35,452 nucleotides of DNA, taken from IMG/VR virus record IMGVR_UViG_3300033067_002307, positions 1-35,452 of that record. The stretch is one strand, 5' to 3'. The DNA is from a virus. Its lineage: Duplodnaviria > Caudoviricetes. Below the pieces are notes generated by a model. That model ran no database searches. It was not told the origin of the DNA and saw only the letters and a program-made list of their open reading frames with translations. Positions 24,422 through 35,388 of the stretch are shown piece after piece. Made by a program: the position numbers and the translations under genes. Positions within the stretch are counted from its first letter, which is position 1, and the number at the start of each line of letters is the position of its first letter.

Positions 24422-27292
24422 CTAGTAATGCCCGCCAGCCTCTCGTCGAGCCATCCCTGGCATCGCCTGCTTCGCAAGCTTCCCTAAATTCTTAGGCCCT
24501 GACTGAGATTGAACCCGAGCCTGGTCTTGCTGATCCTTTGAAACGCCAGGACTCATCGATTGAATCTTTGTGATCGCTTCCGGTGTCATCGTCGAATCAA
24601 GCGGCTGTCCCATAAAAATGGCCATATTCATTCTAACGTCATACGGAATGGTTTCACCGTTTTGATGAGCATCTGAGATCTTATTAAACATCGCACCCTT
24701 CATGGCTTTATAAAGCGAAGGATAGAACGATGCTAATGTCGTGACGTCCTGAGGCTGTAGGGTCTTATCAGAGATGTGCTTCAAAACAATAAGAGGGCTT
24801 TGAGCGATATCGATTTTTCGTTCGTACTCAGCCTTTTGACCTGCCGTTTGAACTGGCTTTGAATCTAATAGAGCGTTTCTAGGCTCTACGTCGGGCGGCC
24901 TCATTTGAGCGAGTTGGTTGAGAGCATTTGTTCTCGCCATCTCAACCGAGACGCCGTGTTGAGGCATATAGCCAGGAATCTTGTTCGGCTGCTCTAAGGT
25001 TTTCATCGGGTTCAATTGGTATTCTTTGACCTGCTTATCGAGCTTGCTTCGAGAGCTTTCATTAGGAATCAACTGGCTAGGAAGCACAACAGATCCAGAT
25101 TTGATCAGCTTTGAAATCGCCTTATCGGTAACCTCTGCTCCTCGTGTTCCCGTTTCGATTAGATTTATCATGGCCTTGAAAGCGCCGGCATCAACAGGCT
25201 TTTCAGAGCCTAAGAATTTGAGCAAACCAAGCCGAACCGCATCAGGAGCCGCTTGAAGCTGTTTACTTAATAACCCAACAGCCGCACCCACAATGGGATT
25301 ATGAGAAGCAATCGCCGTTACCATTCCGGTTCCAACGGCCAACTTATCCGAAAGCCATCCCTCAACTCCCTGAGGAGTTCCGCTCTTCCCTATTTTTTCA
25401 GGGAGAGCTTTGACTAACTTTTCAGCCGCTTCAATAGACGCCAACTGTTCTCGAGTGAATGTTGCTTCTCTCAAGTCCGTATTCATCCCACGAACAATTT
25501 TGGCGAGCTTGTTGATATCGAGATAAGTTCCGCTCGGACCTTCTTTAACAGACTGGCGAACGACTGAATCAATTCGATAATTATTTAAAATACCCTTCCA
25601 CGCATCAGGTAGAAGCTCTTGAAGCCCGGCATCATTCTTTGGCAAAAGCCGGTTAAGAACTTTTTCGGGAGCCATTCCTTTTAAATTATAAAGAAAGCTA
25701 TCAGCTCCACGATAATTACCTAAATGAAGACGATCATCAAGACCGTCTAAATACTTCATAAACTGTGAATACTTTTGTTTGGCATCTGTAAAATAGGCAA
25801 GCTCAGCCTCTGCCTTACCACTTGATTTAAAGGCGGACTCGAGGGCGTCCATTCGTGCCTCTTCAAAATACGGGCGCACGTTTCGCTTCAAATCCCACAG
25901 CTGATTTTGATGAAACTCTGCAAGTCTGTTTGATTCAAACTTTCGAAGCTGCTCAAGCGTCTGAATATTATCCATGCTCTTAATCATTGCCATGAGCTTC
26001 TTAGAAGCTTCTAGGTTTGGATCGGCTAGATAACCCTCTCGCTCCGCCATGGCCATTAGATTTTGTTTTAGCTTCGTAATGGTGCCCGGCTCTTTTGTGA
26101 ACGATTGAACCGCTTCGTCAGCTGACAAATAAGGATTTTTTTGAGTCTTTAAAATCGGACGGTCTTGAGGCAAATCAATGTTTTTATAAGTCTCTTCAAT
26201 CTTCTGCCAATTGCCGGCGTTTTTCTTCATGCCCTGAATGGTTTTTTCCATTTCAGTAACAAGCTCTGTCCCCGTTTTATTAGGAGAAAAATCGTGAACC
26301 GTTTCCAGGGTCTCTTTGCCAAGCTTCCCCGATAAGTTCTTCTGAAGATTATCAACAAACGCGGCCTTATTGGCTTGAGCTTCAAGCGCAGAGCCCGTGT
26401 TGCTTTCAAACAATCTTAACCACTGATTCTGCAGTACTGGATCACCAGAAAATGCCGCCTTAATTTCAGGGAATTGCTCTGCTAAATCGGGAGCCATCTT
26501 TTGAATGGCCGCAGACATTTCTGTCGGAAGCTCAACAGCTGAGCCGTTCGTTTTGTCTTGAATGGCTTTTAGAATCTTTGCAGTCTTTGACCCGGCGACC
26601 GCATCCCAAAGTGGGCTAATTGTTCCAAGGCCTCCTCCAAAAGCTCCGCCTAAAACACCGGCTAAACCAATATTCGCAACCGCTGCTTCTACGCTAAACG
26701 GAGCATCGCTCATCACGGCCTTGTGATATTCATCGCCAACTTGAAAGGCAGCAGTTTCAGCAGCTCCCTTAACAGCAGCAGATCCAACCTTGGCCGCCAT
26801 TCCAATAGGCTGAGCTAAACCAACCGCTTCAGTCGCCGACTTACCAAGTTTTTCAAGGATAGCGCCTTCACCAAAACCACCACTGCCAATAAGACCTGCA
26901 GCTGCACCCGCAAACTTAGCGACAGGATTTAAATTCTCTTCACGAGCTTTGATCGCTTCTTTATCAGCGCCGAATTGAATTTGAAGTGGCGTCGACAAAC
27001 CAAACGTTGCCGCTCTTCCAGCCTCTTCAAGAGTTCCTAAAAGCTGTTGAGGTAAACTCGAATATTTTTGTTGATCGAGATATTGCTTAACCTCATCGTC
27101 AGAAGCGACTTCAAACCCATTTTGCTGAGCCTCTGCAAGCTGTGAAATGGGCAAAGATCCAATCTCACCCGTATCGCTTTTAACGTTTACAACTTGAGGA
27201 GCTTCAACCTGTGCTACTGGCGCGGCCTGATGCATCTCCTCTGGTGGTGTGATATTCCCACCAACCAGGTTAAGAGGTAGTTCGCCATCCAT
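24422..27292 (-). CDS. Large internal virion / DNA ejection protein
   Basis: 956 aa, helical, Gly/Ala-rich hydrophobic stretches, ATFGLS motif; third of three large genes after the nozzle. Confidence 0.65.
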   Translation of the reverse strand: MDGELPLNLVGGNITPPEEMHQAAPVAQVEAPQVVNVKSDTGEIGSLPISQLAEAQQNGFEVASDDEVKQYLDQQKYSSLPQQLLGTLEEAGRAATFGLSTPLQIQFGADKEAIKAREENLNPVAKFAGAAAGLIGSGGFGEGAILEKLGKSATEAVGLAQPIGMAAKVGSAAVKGAAETAAFQVGDEYHKAVMSDAPFSVEAAVANIGLAGVLGGAFGGGLGTISPLWDAVAGSKTAKILKAIQDKTNGSAVELPTEMSAAIQKMAPDLAEQFPEIKAAFSGDPVLQNQWLRLFESNTGSALEAQANKAAFVDNLQKNLSGKLGKETLETVHDFSPNKTGTELVTEMEKTIQGMKKNAGNWQKIEETYKNIDLPQDRPILKTQKNPYLSADEAVQSFTKEPGTITKLKQNLMAMAEREGYLADPNLEASKKLMAMIKSMDNIQTLEQLRKFESNRLAEFHQNQLWDLKRNVRPYFEEARMDALESAFKSSGKAEAELAYFTDAKQKYSQFMKYLDGLDDRLHLGNYRGADSFLYNLKGMAPEKVLNRLLPKNDAGLQELLPDAWKGILNNYRIDSVVRQSVKEGPSGTYLDINKLAKIVRGMNTDLREATFTREQLASIEAAEKLVKALPEKIGKSGTPQGVEGWLSDKLAVGTGMVTAIASHNPIVGAAVGLLSKQLQAAPDAVRLGLLKFLGSEKPVDAGAFKAMINLIETGTRGAEVTDKAISKLIKSGSVVLPSQLIPNESSRSKLDKQVKEYQLNPMKTLEQPNKIPGYMPQHGVSVEMARTNALNQLAQMRPPDVEPRNALLDSKPVQTAGQKAEYERKIDIAQSPLIVLKHISDKTLQPQDVTTLASFYPSLYKAMKGAMFNKISDAHQNGETIPYDVRMNMAIFMGQPLDSTMTPEAITKIQSMSPGVSKDQQDQARVQSQSGPKNLGKLAKQAMPGMARREAGGHY

Positions 27293-29082
27293 TATCGACC
27301 CCCAGCTAAAACGGGCGCACCCAACTGAAATTTGTCTTGGCCCTGGCTGTTGTATCTCTCGGTCGGAGCAACCATCATTTTTTGAACCATTCCATAGACC
27401 ATAGGATTCGATTGAATCGTAGGCGCGTTCAATTTTTGATTAAAGATATCTTCAACCGATCTTAGGCCTTTTAAGAACGTTTGTTCGTTCGCCAACAAAC
27501 TTGGAAGCAGATTGGTTGTTTGTTCAACCTCAGCGTCAGAAACTTTTCCAGAGATCATTCTCGCAAGTTCCATGGGAATTTGAGCCTTAATTTGTGACAT
27601 ACGAACGCGAGATTGTGGGTTCACATTTCCGCCGAGCGTATTGAGATCATAATACTCTCGCATAAGTTTCGTGGCGTTTTGCTTTGCCTTAAATCTCTCT
27701 TGGAGTTCTCCAAGCTCTTCAAAAGCCTTGGGCTGATCTTTGGGGTCCATCATCATTTTGATCGCCAGAGCAGGATTACCCTGTCCGCCAGTTTGAAGGC
27801 CTTGCATCATCGCCTGTCGAGCGGCGACAGCTTGAATCGTTTGCGCCTTCTCTTCCATTAACTTACCAATCGCCATTTTAGCGTTGGCCATCGCCAAAGG
27901 AGTTCCAGACTTAGCGGCAGCCGATTGAATCTGACTTGCCAGAATGTCTTGAAGCTGAATTCTCGTCATCGCCGTAGCATCATAGACGTTTTTGAACTGA
28001 GCTAAATTCGCGTTAAGAAGAGTTCTTGCGTTTTCACCCTCATGCTCTTGGGTTTTGATATCTCTCTCAATTTGAGCATTTAAATATTGAAGAGCAGGGT
28101 TTTCTGTTCTTGTGATTCCAGCACCTGCGCCGCCAAGGAGAGCACCAATGCCAGACCATATTTTTTCGCCCGTCGACATGCTGTTGATATATCGATTCGG
28201 GTCAATGTGGTTTTGCTGAACGGCTTGAATAAAACTTTGGTTTTGCTTTTGAAGCATCCCCAACTGATTTTTATAAATATTTAAAGCCTGTTCTTGAGAC
28301 TTAATATTTAAATCATACGCACGAGCCTTTGCTTGCTCTGCTTGAGCCGTAGCCGCCGCCGCATCATTTAATCCCTGAATTTGTTCGCCAACTCCACTAA
28401 CAGTCATATTAGCAGCTGCATTGTATCCATAAGGATCAGCGTTTTGCGGAGCTTGGGGAGCTTGTTGGCCTTCGGTCATGGCCGCATTCGCCGTAGCCGG
28501 AACTTGAGCTTGAGCCTCAGGCATTTGAGCACCCGGGCTCATGGGCAAACCATATTGAGACGCAACTTGATTAAACTTAGCCGCAGCTTCTGCTTTTTTC
28601 TTCATGGCTTCGGCCTGATTTGTTGCCGCAGCTTCTTGCTGAGATTTCATCTCTTGAAATGCGTTCAATCGTTTTTCGGGATCAACATCAGGATTTAAAA
28701 CAGCAAACTTTCTCTCATCGAAAGTCCCGTTGCTGAAATACTCTTTGCCGGGTGCTGCCTGAGGCGGAGGCTGAACAGATGCCCCACCACTCACAACGGG
28801 AGCCATATAATCCATGGAATTTTGAGGAGGCGCGTTGTTTACATTCACCACAACAGGCTGTTGAGGCTGTGATGCGACTTGATCGGGCTGAGACGAGACC
28901 TGATTAGGGTCTTCAACCATTCCTTGATCTGCCATGTTCAAAGGAAGCGATGAAAGCTGAGCTCTCATCCTTGGCGAAATGCCAGACTTGGCAACATTGA
29001 TCTCGTGCCCATCTGGATGTTTAAGAGTCGCTGAAATTTTATCTTCACGAATCTTCTTAAAGTTTTTAAAATCCATTCTCAT
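27292..29082 (-). CDS. Internal virion / DNA ejection protein
   Basis: 596 aa, Gln/Ala/Met-rich, with an IWSGIGALLGGAGAG segment. Confidence 0.6.
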   Translation of the reverse strand: MRMDFKNFKKIREDKISATLKHPDGHEINVAKSGISPRMRAQLSSLPLNMADQGMVEDPNQVSSQPDQVASQPQQPVVVNVNNAPPQNSMDYMAPVVSGGASVQPPPQAAPGKEYFSNGTFDERKFAVLNPDVDPEKRLNAFQEMKSQQEAAATNQAEAMKKKAEAAAKFNQVASQYGLPMSPGAQMPEAQAQVPATANAAMTEGQQAPQAPQNADPYGYNAAANMTVSGVGEQIQGLNDAAAATAQAEQAKARAYDLNIKSQEQALNIYKNQLGMLQKQNQSFIQAVQQNHIDPNRYINSMSTGEKIWSGIGALLGGAGAGITRTENPALQYLNAQIERDIKTQEHEGENARTLLNANLAQFKNVYDATAMTRIQLQDILASQIQSAAAKSGTPLAMANAKMAIGKLMEEKAQTIQAVAARQAMMQGLQTGGQGNPALAIKMMMDPKDQPKAFEELGELQERFKAKQNATKLMREYYDLNTLGGNVNPQSRVRMSQIKAQIPMELARMISGKVSDAEVEQTTNLLPSLLANEQTFLKGLRSVEDIFNQKLNAPTIQSNPMVYGMVQKMMVAPTERYNSQGQDKFQLGAPVLAGGR

Positions 29083-30338
29083 TTCTTGCCCCTTTTCATC
29101 GATTGTTTAGCAAGAATCGCCTCCACAAAAGCTTTCGCCTTATCGGGAGCGTTCGGATCTAGAGTGACAGACCGTGGAAGTACGATTTCTTTAGGGCTCA
29201 AAAGTGCTGGCACCTTATCGTTTTTCAGAGAATCGCCAGATACTTTTGCTTTGCCCGGGACGACGGCGCCTTGATTTAAAAACAAAGAGCCAATTGTTGA
29301 GGCGGCTTTGCCTAAAGTATCACCAATTGAACTACCAGCAGATTTCATAGGAGATTGTGGCGCCGCCGCGATAGGCGCTGCCATCATCGGAGCAGGAGCT
29401 GGCGCGGATTGATCATCGTTTGCCCAACCCTTTAAAAATCTTTCAGCAAATCCAACCTCTCCACCATCAGCATAGGAGTGAACAAGCCCACCATTGTATC
29501 CGGTCGTAACAGGAGGAGCATCGTTGCCCTCTGGTTTTTTATCGGGTGTTCCCAAAAATTTACCAACGATATCGGCCCCAGATTTAGCAAGGCCCCCGAC
29601 AAAATCCTGTTGACCACGCTGAGCGCCAGAAGCCATTCCAGCGTTGGCTGCGTTTGTGCTACCCGCGTTTGAAACACGCGCATTATTGTAAGCTGCCATC
29701 GCATTTAAAAGCTGTTGCTGATTCGCCAAGTTCCCTTGAGCTAATCCCATCGTAGCGCCACCGAGATTTTGAATCTGATTACCCGCCACGCCCTGCATCG
29801 CATTTTGTTGGCCTTGCAGAAGTTGCTGAGCCGCTAATTGTTGCTGAGCTCTCATGAGAGCGCCTTGGCCCACAGCTTGTTGCTGAATATTTGCACCCTG
29901 CATTCCAGCTTGTCGTGCGATCAATCCAGGATTAGCCGCAGAGCCTCTTTGCCCAGCCATCAGAGCAGCTTGAGCCGCAACGTTTTGGCCTGTCGTATTT
30001 GCTAATTGAGCGAGAGCAGGATTCGGGCCTTCGCCTTGAGCTTGTAAGCCCAACTGATTTGCTAAAGCCTGTTGCTGATTAAAAACATTGGATTGATTGG
30101 TGATTCCACCTTGAGACTGAAGAGCGTTCAAGAAAGCTTGTTGCTGATCAAGAGCACCTAAAGATCGCCTTTTCTGACCGTTGATATCTTCGAGTGAGAC
30201 GGATTGATCGAGATTAAGAGGGTTAAATTCAGCGTTGGCACCTCCGCCACCACCAAGACCGAAGACATCTTTAACGCCTCCGACTACTCCTCCGACCACA
30301 TCACCAATTGCGCCAACGGCATCTCCGATAAAACCCAT
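29079..30338 (-). CDS. Internal virion / pilot (ejection) protein
   Basis: Gly-rich amphipathic N-terminus, Gln/Ala-rich body, C-terminal GDS..ND.VPA.LSP.E.VLP motif. Confidence 0.6.
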   Translation of the reverse strand: MGFIGDAVGAIGDVVGGVVGGVKDVFGLGGGGGANAEFNPLNLDQSVSLEDINGQKRRSLGALDQQQAFLNALQSQGGITNQSNVFNQQQALANQLGLQAQGEGPNPALAQLANTTGQNVAAQAALMAGQRGSAANPGLIARQAGMQGANIQQQAVGQGALMRAQQQLAAQQLLQGQQNAMQGVAGNQIQNLGGATMGLAQGNLANQQQLLNAMAAYNNARVSNAGSTNAANAGMASGAQRGQQDFVGGLAKSGADIVGKFLGTPDKKPEGNDAPPVTTGYNGGLVHSYADGGEVGFAERFLKGWANDDQSAPAPAPMMAAPIAAAPQSPMKSAGSSIGDTLGKAASTIGSLFLNQGAVVPGKAKVSGDSLKNDKVPALLSPKEIVLPRSVTLDPNAPDKAKAFVEAILAKQSMKRGKK

Positions 30339-30377
30339 GCTTTTAACTCCTTAAAATGAAGCGCAAAAGCATCGTGA

Positions 30378-30794
30378 TTAGAGCCGCAGATCGATAAGGC
30401 TTTCCTTCATCCGCTCAAATCCGTGCTTTCTGCTTCTCACTAAAGTGCAAATGTCTGACGACCAAGCCACAATTCGAATCAAATTAATCGAATACGCCTC
30501 ATGGATGATTCCCTTCACAGCCGCATCAATCGCCATATTCCGCTCGTGCCTTCGAATACTAGGATCAACAATAAGACCGTCTACTAAACCCATTCGGCCC
30601 TCAACAAGCCTTAAGAAGGCCGCTGCCCGTGGGATATTATTAATCTGAGCGAGAACGCCAATTTGAGGGAGTGCGTGAACGAGATTCGGGCTCATTCCGT
30701 GGCCATGAAGCCACCCGGTAATCACTTCCTGATTCTCATCGGCCCGATATCGGCTAACCGACGGAGTTAGCAGCTTTGATTCTCGGATAGACAC
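30378..30794 (-). CDS. GNAT-fold virion assembly protein (position of T7 gp13 / P22 gp14)
   Basis: AAAFL...DGLIVDP.....R...HGF pattern; between nozzle and ejection genes. Confidence 0.55.
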   Translation of the reverse strand: MSIRESKLLTPSVSRYRADENQEVITGWLHGHGMSPNLVHALPQIGVLAQINNIPRAAAFLRLVEGRMGLVDGLIVDPSIRRHERNMAIDAAVKGIIHEAYSINLIRIVAWSSDICTLVRSRKHGFERMKESLIDLRL

Positions 30795-33700
30795 CCTTCA
30801 CTCCCACAATCAAATTCATCCCCGATAAAGTAAAGCCAGCACCAGCAGCAACGCCATAAGAAGGATCATAGACCTCCTCAATCGTGACCTGAATGGCTTG
30901 GCACTTCTGGGTTTGAAGGAAAACTCTCCACTGCTCTAACGTGCCAGGCCCACCGAAAGGACTTGTTCCGCCATAAAGAGAATCACCACCATAGTTTGGT
31001 GTGTAGTTATCAGGATTGATCACCGTCGATTGTGTGAAGCTATCGTTGTAATCATAGGCAATCGAAACAATCAGCTTATGCGGGCTCAGATACGATCCCA
31101 ACAGAGTTAAGAAGTAAGCCCGCTGAAACCCTTGAAGCCCAGCGATATTGATCCAACCCGTTTTGATCTTCATGGTCACAGGTCGAGATCCGTCGAGATA
31201 AGAACCCGACAGCTCCTGAAGAACCGCCCCAAAAGAATCAATCGTAGTTTGAAGATTTTGAAACAGACACGAACTTTGAATCGCGGTCGCTGTATACGTG
31301 AACCATTGCTTAAAGAAGTAGTCGTACACAAGTACATCGCCAGAACTCATCGTGAATCGAACCTGGTTTGTGCTAGGAATCGTCAGAGCGCTTGTGACGG
31401 TGTACGAATTATAAGCCTCAACAGCCGCGCCAATATAAACGGTGTTTAAATCTCTCGTGAGAATCCAGATGCCCTTGTCTGACTGAAAAATAATTCCGTC
31501 AGGTGTAAAGACAATCGACTTGGGATTTGTTGTTCCAACAGTCGATGAAATAAAAACAAACTCTGAAAAGTCATCATTGAGACCCGTGAGATCAGGGCCA
31601 TTTCCGGTCATGTAATAAAGCGCGTTCTTCTTAAAAACGATCATCTTATCATCCATGGCTGAAAGAGCTGTGATCGGTCCCGTATTCCCTTGAGCTGAAA
31701 TTGTAGGAGCTAAATAGCGAGTTAATAAATCGCTAAACTCAACAGGAGTATTCTCGATAACCGGCTTAGAAAACCAAACAAGGTTTCTATCCTCCGCATC
31801 GACTAAAAATAGTCTGGTTTTAAAGAGAGTGGCCGCACAAGACGCAGGTGCTCCGATATCTTCGACGACTCCGCCCGTTGTATACAGAATGGAATTCCCG
31901 ACGATGCTTGCATCCGCGAGCGTATCCGTAAACGCAATTGAATCCGTGAAGGGATCGTTAAACGTTGGCGCTGAAATTGAAGTCACTTGATAAAATGTTT
32001 GCTGAGCGACACTCCAACGATAAATAACGATTTTAATCGCATTTAAAGTCTTCGCGGTCATTCTCATACAAGGGACGTTGACGACGACGGAGCCGGTTGT
32101 ACCCGCACCCGTGGTGGTAACTCCAAAAGGTATGCTAGGAGCAGATCTAAAAATATTCCCGTTATTATCGGCCCACTCATACAGAGCAGTGTAGTAATAA
32201 GCGTTTGTGTTAGTGGCGCCGTCTGGCTTTGCGGCCATGGCTCCACCAAGGGCGTTCCACACGCACTCAACATAATCGGGGTAAAGATGAAAACCTTGTT
32301 CAACCAAACTGGACCCATCAAACGCATACGTAATCCCCCCGGTCATGTGGAGATTCCCACCGACTTCAGAAGTGACCATGTTGGACGTGGTAAAATTAAT
32401 TGTACCAAGCTTGATACCGAGTTGAGCGTAAACGCCATTCACGCTCGCCCCTCGAGTCTTATTCACCGGAACGACGAGATCTTTATAAAGAAATGAAAAA
32501 TAGGCCGTCGATCCGATCATTGAAACGCTTGAGAGCCCTTTTGTCAGATATCCAGCTCCGTTTTGATAAGCAAACTTAGCTCCTATGTTCCCATTCTCAT
32601 CGATTAAAAAATAAGTCGGCTGATTATTGCTTCCATACGTTCCGACAAAATACGAAGTATTGTTATAACGAAACGCTTTAGCGGCGAGGCCGCATCCAAG
32701 CTTAATGACGACTTTTCCACCAACCGCTCCAGCCCGTGGGATGACCCGCGAATTAACGGCGTCTGTTTGTGCGAGCGTTCCATACGTGAAAGCTCCTGTC
32801 GTCTCATAGAAGACTTTTCCAAGTTGATTGGCTGCCGTCACAGTGATGTTTGTCATTTGACCAACAGCTAAGAATTCAAACTGAGTAGGCGCTCGAATAA
32901 TACTGAGATTGTTATCGAGTACGGCCCATTTTCCAGTCGTGGCTGCTGAGTTATATTTTGCGACGTAAATTTCAGGTGTTCCCGTTGTGAAATCAGCACC
33001 GATGCCGACAAGTGTTGTGGGCTCTACTGCAAAAACAGTTGTGCCACCTTGAGTGAGAGTCGCGGAAAGGCTTGTGACCCTTAAATCACCGCCGCCACCA
33101 TTGCCCGCAAAAGCAATGTAAAGAACGTTGTTCGCAACAATTCCATCAAAGGCGCCTTGAGCACCCGAGTTGGAATAATTTGTACTAAGATTTGTTGCGA
33201 CCGTGACCGTGGCCGGAGCTGTGATAGTAATCGCGATGTATTGAAGCGTGTTGGCCGCCGTCGACGGGAAGACGATTACAAAATAGTTATTCAGCGTAAA
33301 AACTCGAGGAGTTCCATTCGCTGTTGAAATAGATGTGGGAGCGACGACGACTTGCTGAGTCGCTGTGTCCACAATTGTATATTTATAAGTGGTTGTGGTT
33401 CCCACGTCCGTATAAACGCAGCAGGTTAATCCTGTTGAAGAGATCGCTACGTCGCACTGCTGTTGATTCGCATTGTTTGAAACCAAAGCCGCAGATGTAA
33501 TATCAGTTGCTGTGATCGTTCCTTTATTCACCCATTGCTGAGCACCGGTTGAATACGATGCCAAGCTTGTTCCAAGCGCCGTAAGCCCGCCATTATAAGT
33601 CGTGAGATAAGAATAAGTCCCCGATGGAAGCGCTGGCAAAGACGCAAACCCATTTCGTTTTTGAAACAACCCAGCTTTTGAAAAGTTACAATTCTTAAGC

Positions 33701-33795
33701 TCTAAAAACCTGCCCAAGCTGATTTGCTTAGGATCTGTTTTTGTATCCACTCCGAGAGCGAAATTGATGGGCACGGGTTGTTTTTGTAATGCCAT
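30754..33795 (-). CDS. Tail nozzle / tubular protein B (P22 gp10-like, beta-propeller)
   Basis: 1013 aa, all-beta; RLFL...VWFS, ITAL....MIVFK, G...P.SIV....IIF.S.KGIW, YDY...W, KTGWI. Confidence 0.75.
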   Translation of the reverse strand: MALQKQPVPINFALGVDTKTDPKQISLGRFLELKNCNFSKAGLFQKRNGFASLPALPSGTYSYLTTYNGGLTALGTSLASYSTGAQQWVNKGTITATDITSAALVSNNANQQQCDVAISSTGLTCCVYTDVGTTTTYKYTIVDTATQQVVVAPTSISTANGTPRVFTLNNYFVIVFPSTAANTLQYIAITITAPATVTVATNLSTNYSNSGAQGAFDGIVANNVLYIAFAGNGGGGDLRVTSLSATLTQGGTTVFAVEPTTLVGIGADFTTGTPEIYVAKYNSAATTGKWAVLDNNLSIIRAPTQFEFLAVGQMTNITVTAANQLGKVFYETTGAFTYGTLAQTDAVNSRVIPRAGAVGGKVVIKLGCGLAAKAFRYNNTSYFVGTYGSNNQPTYFLIDENGNIGAKFAYQNGAGYLTKGLSSVSMIGSTAYFSFLYKDLVVPVNKTRGASVNGVYAQLGIKLGTINFTTSNMVTSEVGGNLHMTGGITYAFDGSSLVEQGFHLYPDYVECVWNALGGAMAAKPDGATNTNAYYYTALYEWADNNGNIFRSAPSIPFGVTTTGAGTTGSVVVNVPCMRMTAKTLNAIKIVIYRWSVAQQTFYQVTSISAPTFNDPFTDSIAFTDTLADASIVGNSILYTTGGVVEDIGAPASCAATLFKTRLFLVDAEDRNLVWFSKPVIENTPVEFSDLLTRYLAPTISAQGNTGPITALSAMDDKMIVFKKNALYYMTGNGPDLTGLNDDFSEFVFISSTVGTTNPKSIVFTPDGIIFQSDKGIWILTRDLNTVYIGAAVEAYNSYTVTSALTIPSTNQVRFTMSSGDVLVYDYFFKQWFTYTATAIQSSCLFQNLQTTIDSFGAVLQELSGSYLDGSRPVTMKIKTGWINIAGLQGFQRAYFLTLLGSYLSPHKLIVSIAYDYNDSFTQSTVINPDNYTPNYGGDSLYGGTSPFGGPGTLEQWRVFLQTQKCQAIQVTIEEVYDPSYGVAAGAGFTLSGMNLIVGVKGVYPRIKAANSVG

Positions 33796-33796
33796 G

Positions 33797-34882
33797 TTAA
33801 ATCTCGTATACGACTAGTCGTGATGTGTTGACGGTCGCTGTTCCGGTTCCGCTTGCATTCATGAGTTGTAATTTATAGGTGCGAGCCCCAGCCGCCGCTC
33901 CCGTATCAATCCAGAAAACACTTCCACACGGAATCGCCGTAGATCCGCCACCATTTAAAACCGTACTGTCAGCCGAAAAGTTTGTGCCATCTCTTAAGAC
34001 TCGAACTCGAGCTTGAGCGGTGCTTGCTGAGAGCGTGATGTTGCCTCCTACAGCGCCAGGAGTATCGGCCGGAACCATCCCCACAAAAATAGGTCGAGCC
34101 CCACTCACTGTGATCGTCACGGATAGGTTTGTGATATCTGCGTAAACGGCTGTTGTGCTGTTAAACACACCAGAGCTTGCGCTGATCGCAACACCAAGAA
34201 GACCTACCGTGGTTCCGTTGGCCCTGGTGACCCCCTGTTGAATTGTATTTGAACTTACAGTCCCTAAATTCCCTGATGAGTCACAGCTTAACCACTGAGT
34301 TGATCCAGGAAGTGCAGTCAAAAGTGTTAGCGAATAAGCCGCCGCCAAAGACGATGGCGATTGAATTGTGATTCCATTTGCCGAGGCAACGTTCGTCTCT
34401 CGAATCGTCACGGCTCCGTTATCCATCGCTGCGTATTTATTTGCATCGGCTTGCCAGACAAATTTTGTATTGGCCGCAACATAAGTCGCAGATGCAGGTG
34501 CCGTAAGAGATCCAATGGAGCCAGGAGATCCGGCAACACCACCGGCTTGAGTAATACGAACCTTATTTCCAGATCCATCGTTGAAATAAAGATCACCATT
34601 TACAACGTTCACGCAGTTCAAATCAGTACCCAATGCCAGAACCGCAGCGTTTGAAATAAACCGTGAAGATCGAATGCTTGTGAGGTTGTTTGAACCAATC
34701 GAAAGGTCTGTGTTGATATTCAAACCACTCGGAGTAATTTTAACGCCATTCCCAGAGGTGTGATCATGAGCATCAATGATCGAAAGCGATGCGTTTAAGT
34801 GTGTTGCGTAATCCGGTCCAGGATCTGATCCTACCGTCGGGAGAATCAGCGCCATGTTTGAAGTTAGTGTATATGTCGGCAT
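33797..34882 (-). CDS. Tail fibre/spike protein
   Basis: N-terminal LP.VG...GP.YA..LN.....ID.HDH..G.G attachment region; C-terminal beta-sandwich (TYKLQ...LVVYEI). Confidence 0.6.
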   Translation of the reverse strand: MPTYTLTSNMALILPTVGSDPGPDYATHLNASLSIIDAHDHTSGNGVKITPSGLNINTDLSIGSNNLTSIRSSRFISNAAVLALGTDLNCVNVVNGDLYFNDGSGNKVRITQAGGVAGSPGSIGSLTAPASATYVAANTKFVWQADANKYAAMDNGAVTIRETNVASANGITIQSPSSLAAAYSLTLLTALPGSTQWLSCDSSGNLGTVSSNTIQQGVTRANGTTVGLLGVAISASSGVFNSTTAVYADITNLSVTITVSGARPIFVGMVPADTPGAVGGNITLSASTAQARVRVLRDGTNFSADSTVLNGGGSTAIPCGSVFWIDTGAAAGARTYKLQLMNASGTGTATVNTSRLVVYEI

Positions 34883-34890
34883 AAGAACTC

Positions 34891-35388
34891 CTAATAAACA
34901 ATTTGTTTCGTGGCTCGGATAAACGCTCTCTCAAGAATCCGATTTGTAATCGTTCCCCCAGTCACAGCGATTCTTCCACGAAGTTTTATTCGCCCACCCG
35001 GCCATGTGATGAACTGTTGAAAGCTGGTGGTATTTGATCCCTGTGTCGCGCTGTTGAGCGGAATTCCACAAAACGATCCGTCTTGTATTTGAGTGTTGCT
35101 CATATCGAACAGAGCTACGTTCAACTGTGCTGATGTATAGGCAACCGTGTAGTTAATCGTCGCTATCGTTCCAAAAGTGATTAAATACTTTGCCGCCGGG
35201 AGATCTAAATAAATATCCTGAATATCTGACGTCGTCGCGTCGGCAACAATCGTTTGCTTTGCTGAATAGACGAACGGATCATTCTGCATCTGTTGGAACG
35301 CGAGCAGAAGTGGGTTCAAGTGACTCGCCCAATGATTCTGCATCATTTGAAACGGAAGGCTATCATCCTGAAACTGCGGTAACGTCAA
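34891..35388 (-). CDS. Putative tail-associated structural protein (probable TTG start 35388)
   Basis: TTG overlaps the upstream TGA; short helix then beta-sandwich. Confidence 0.55.
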   Translation of the reverse strand: MTLPQFQDDSLPFQMMQNHWASHLNPLLLAFQQMQNDPFVYSAKQTIVADATTSDIQDIYLDLPAAKYLITFGTIATINYTVAYTSAQLNVALFDMSNTQIQDGSFCGIPLNSATQGSNTTSFQQFITWPGGRIKLRGRIAVTGGTITNRILERAFIRATKQIVY

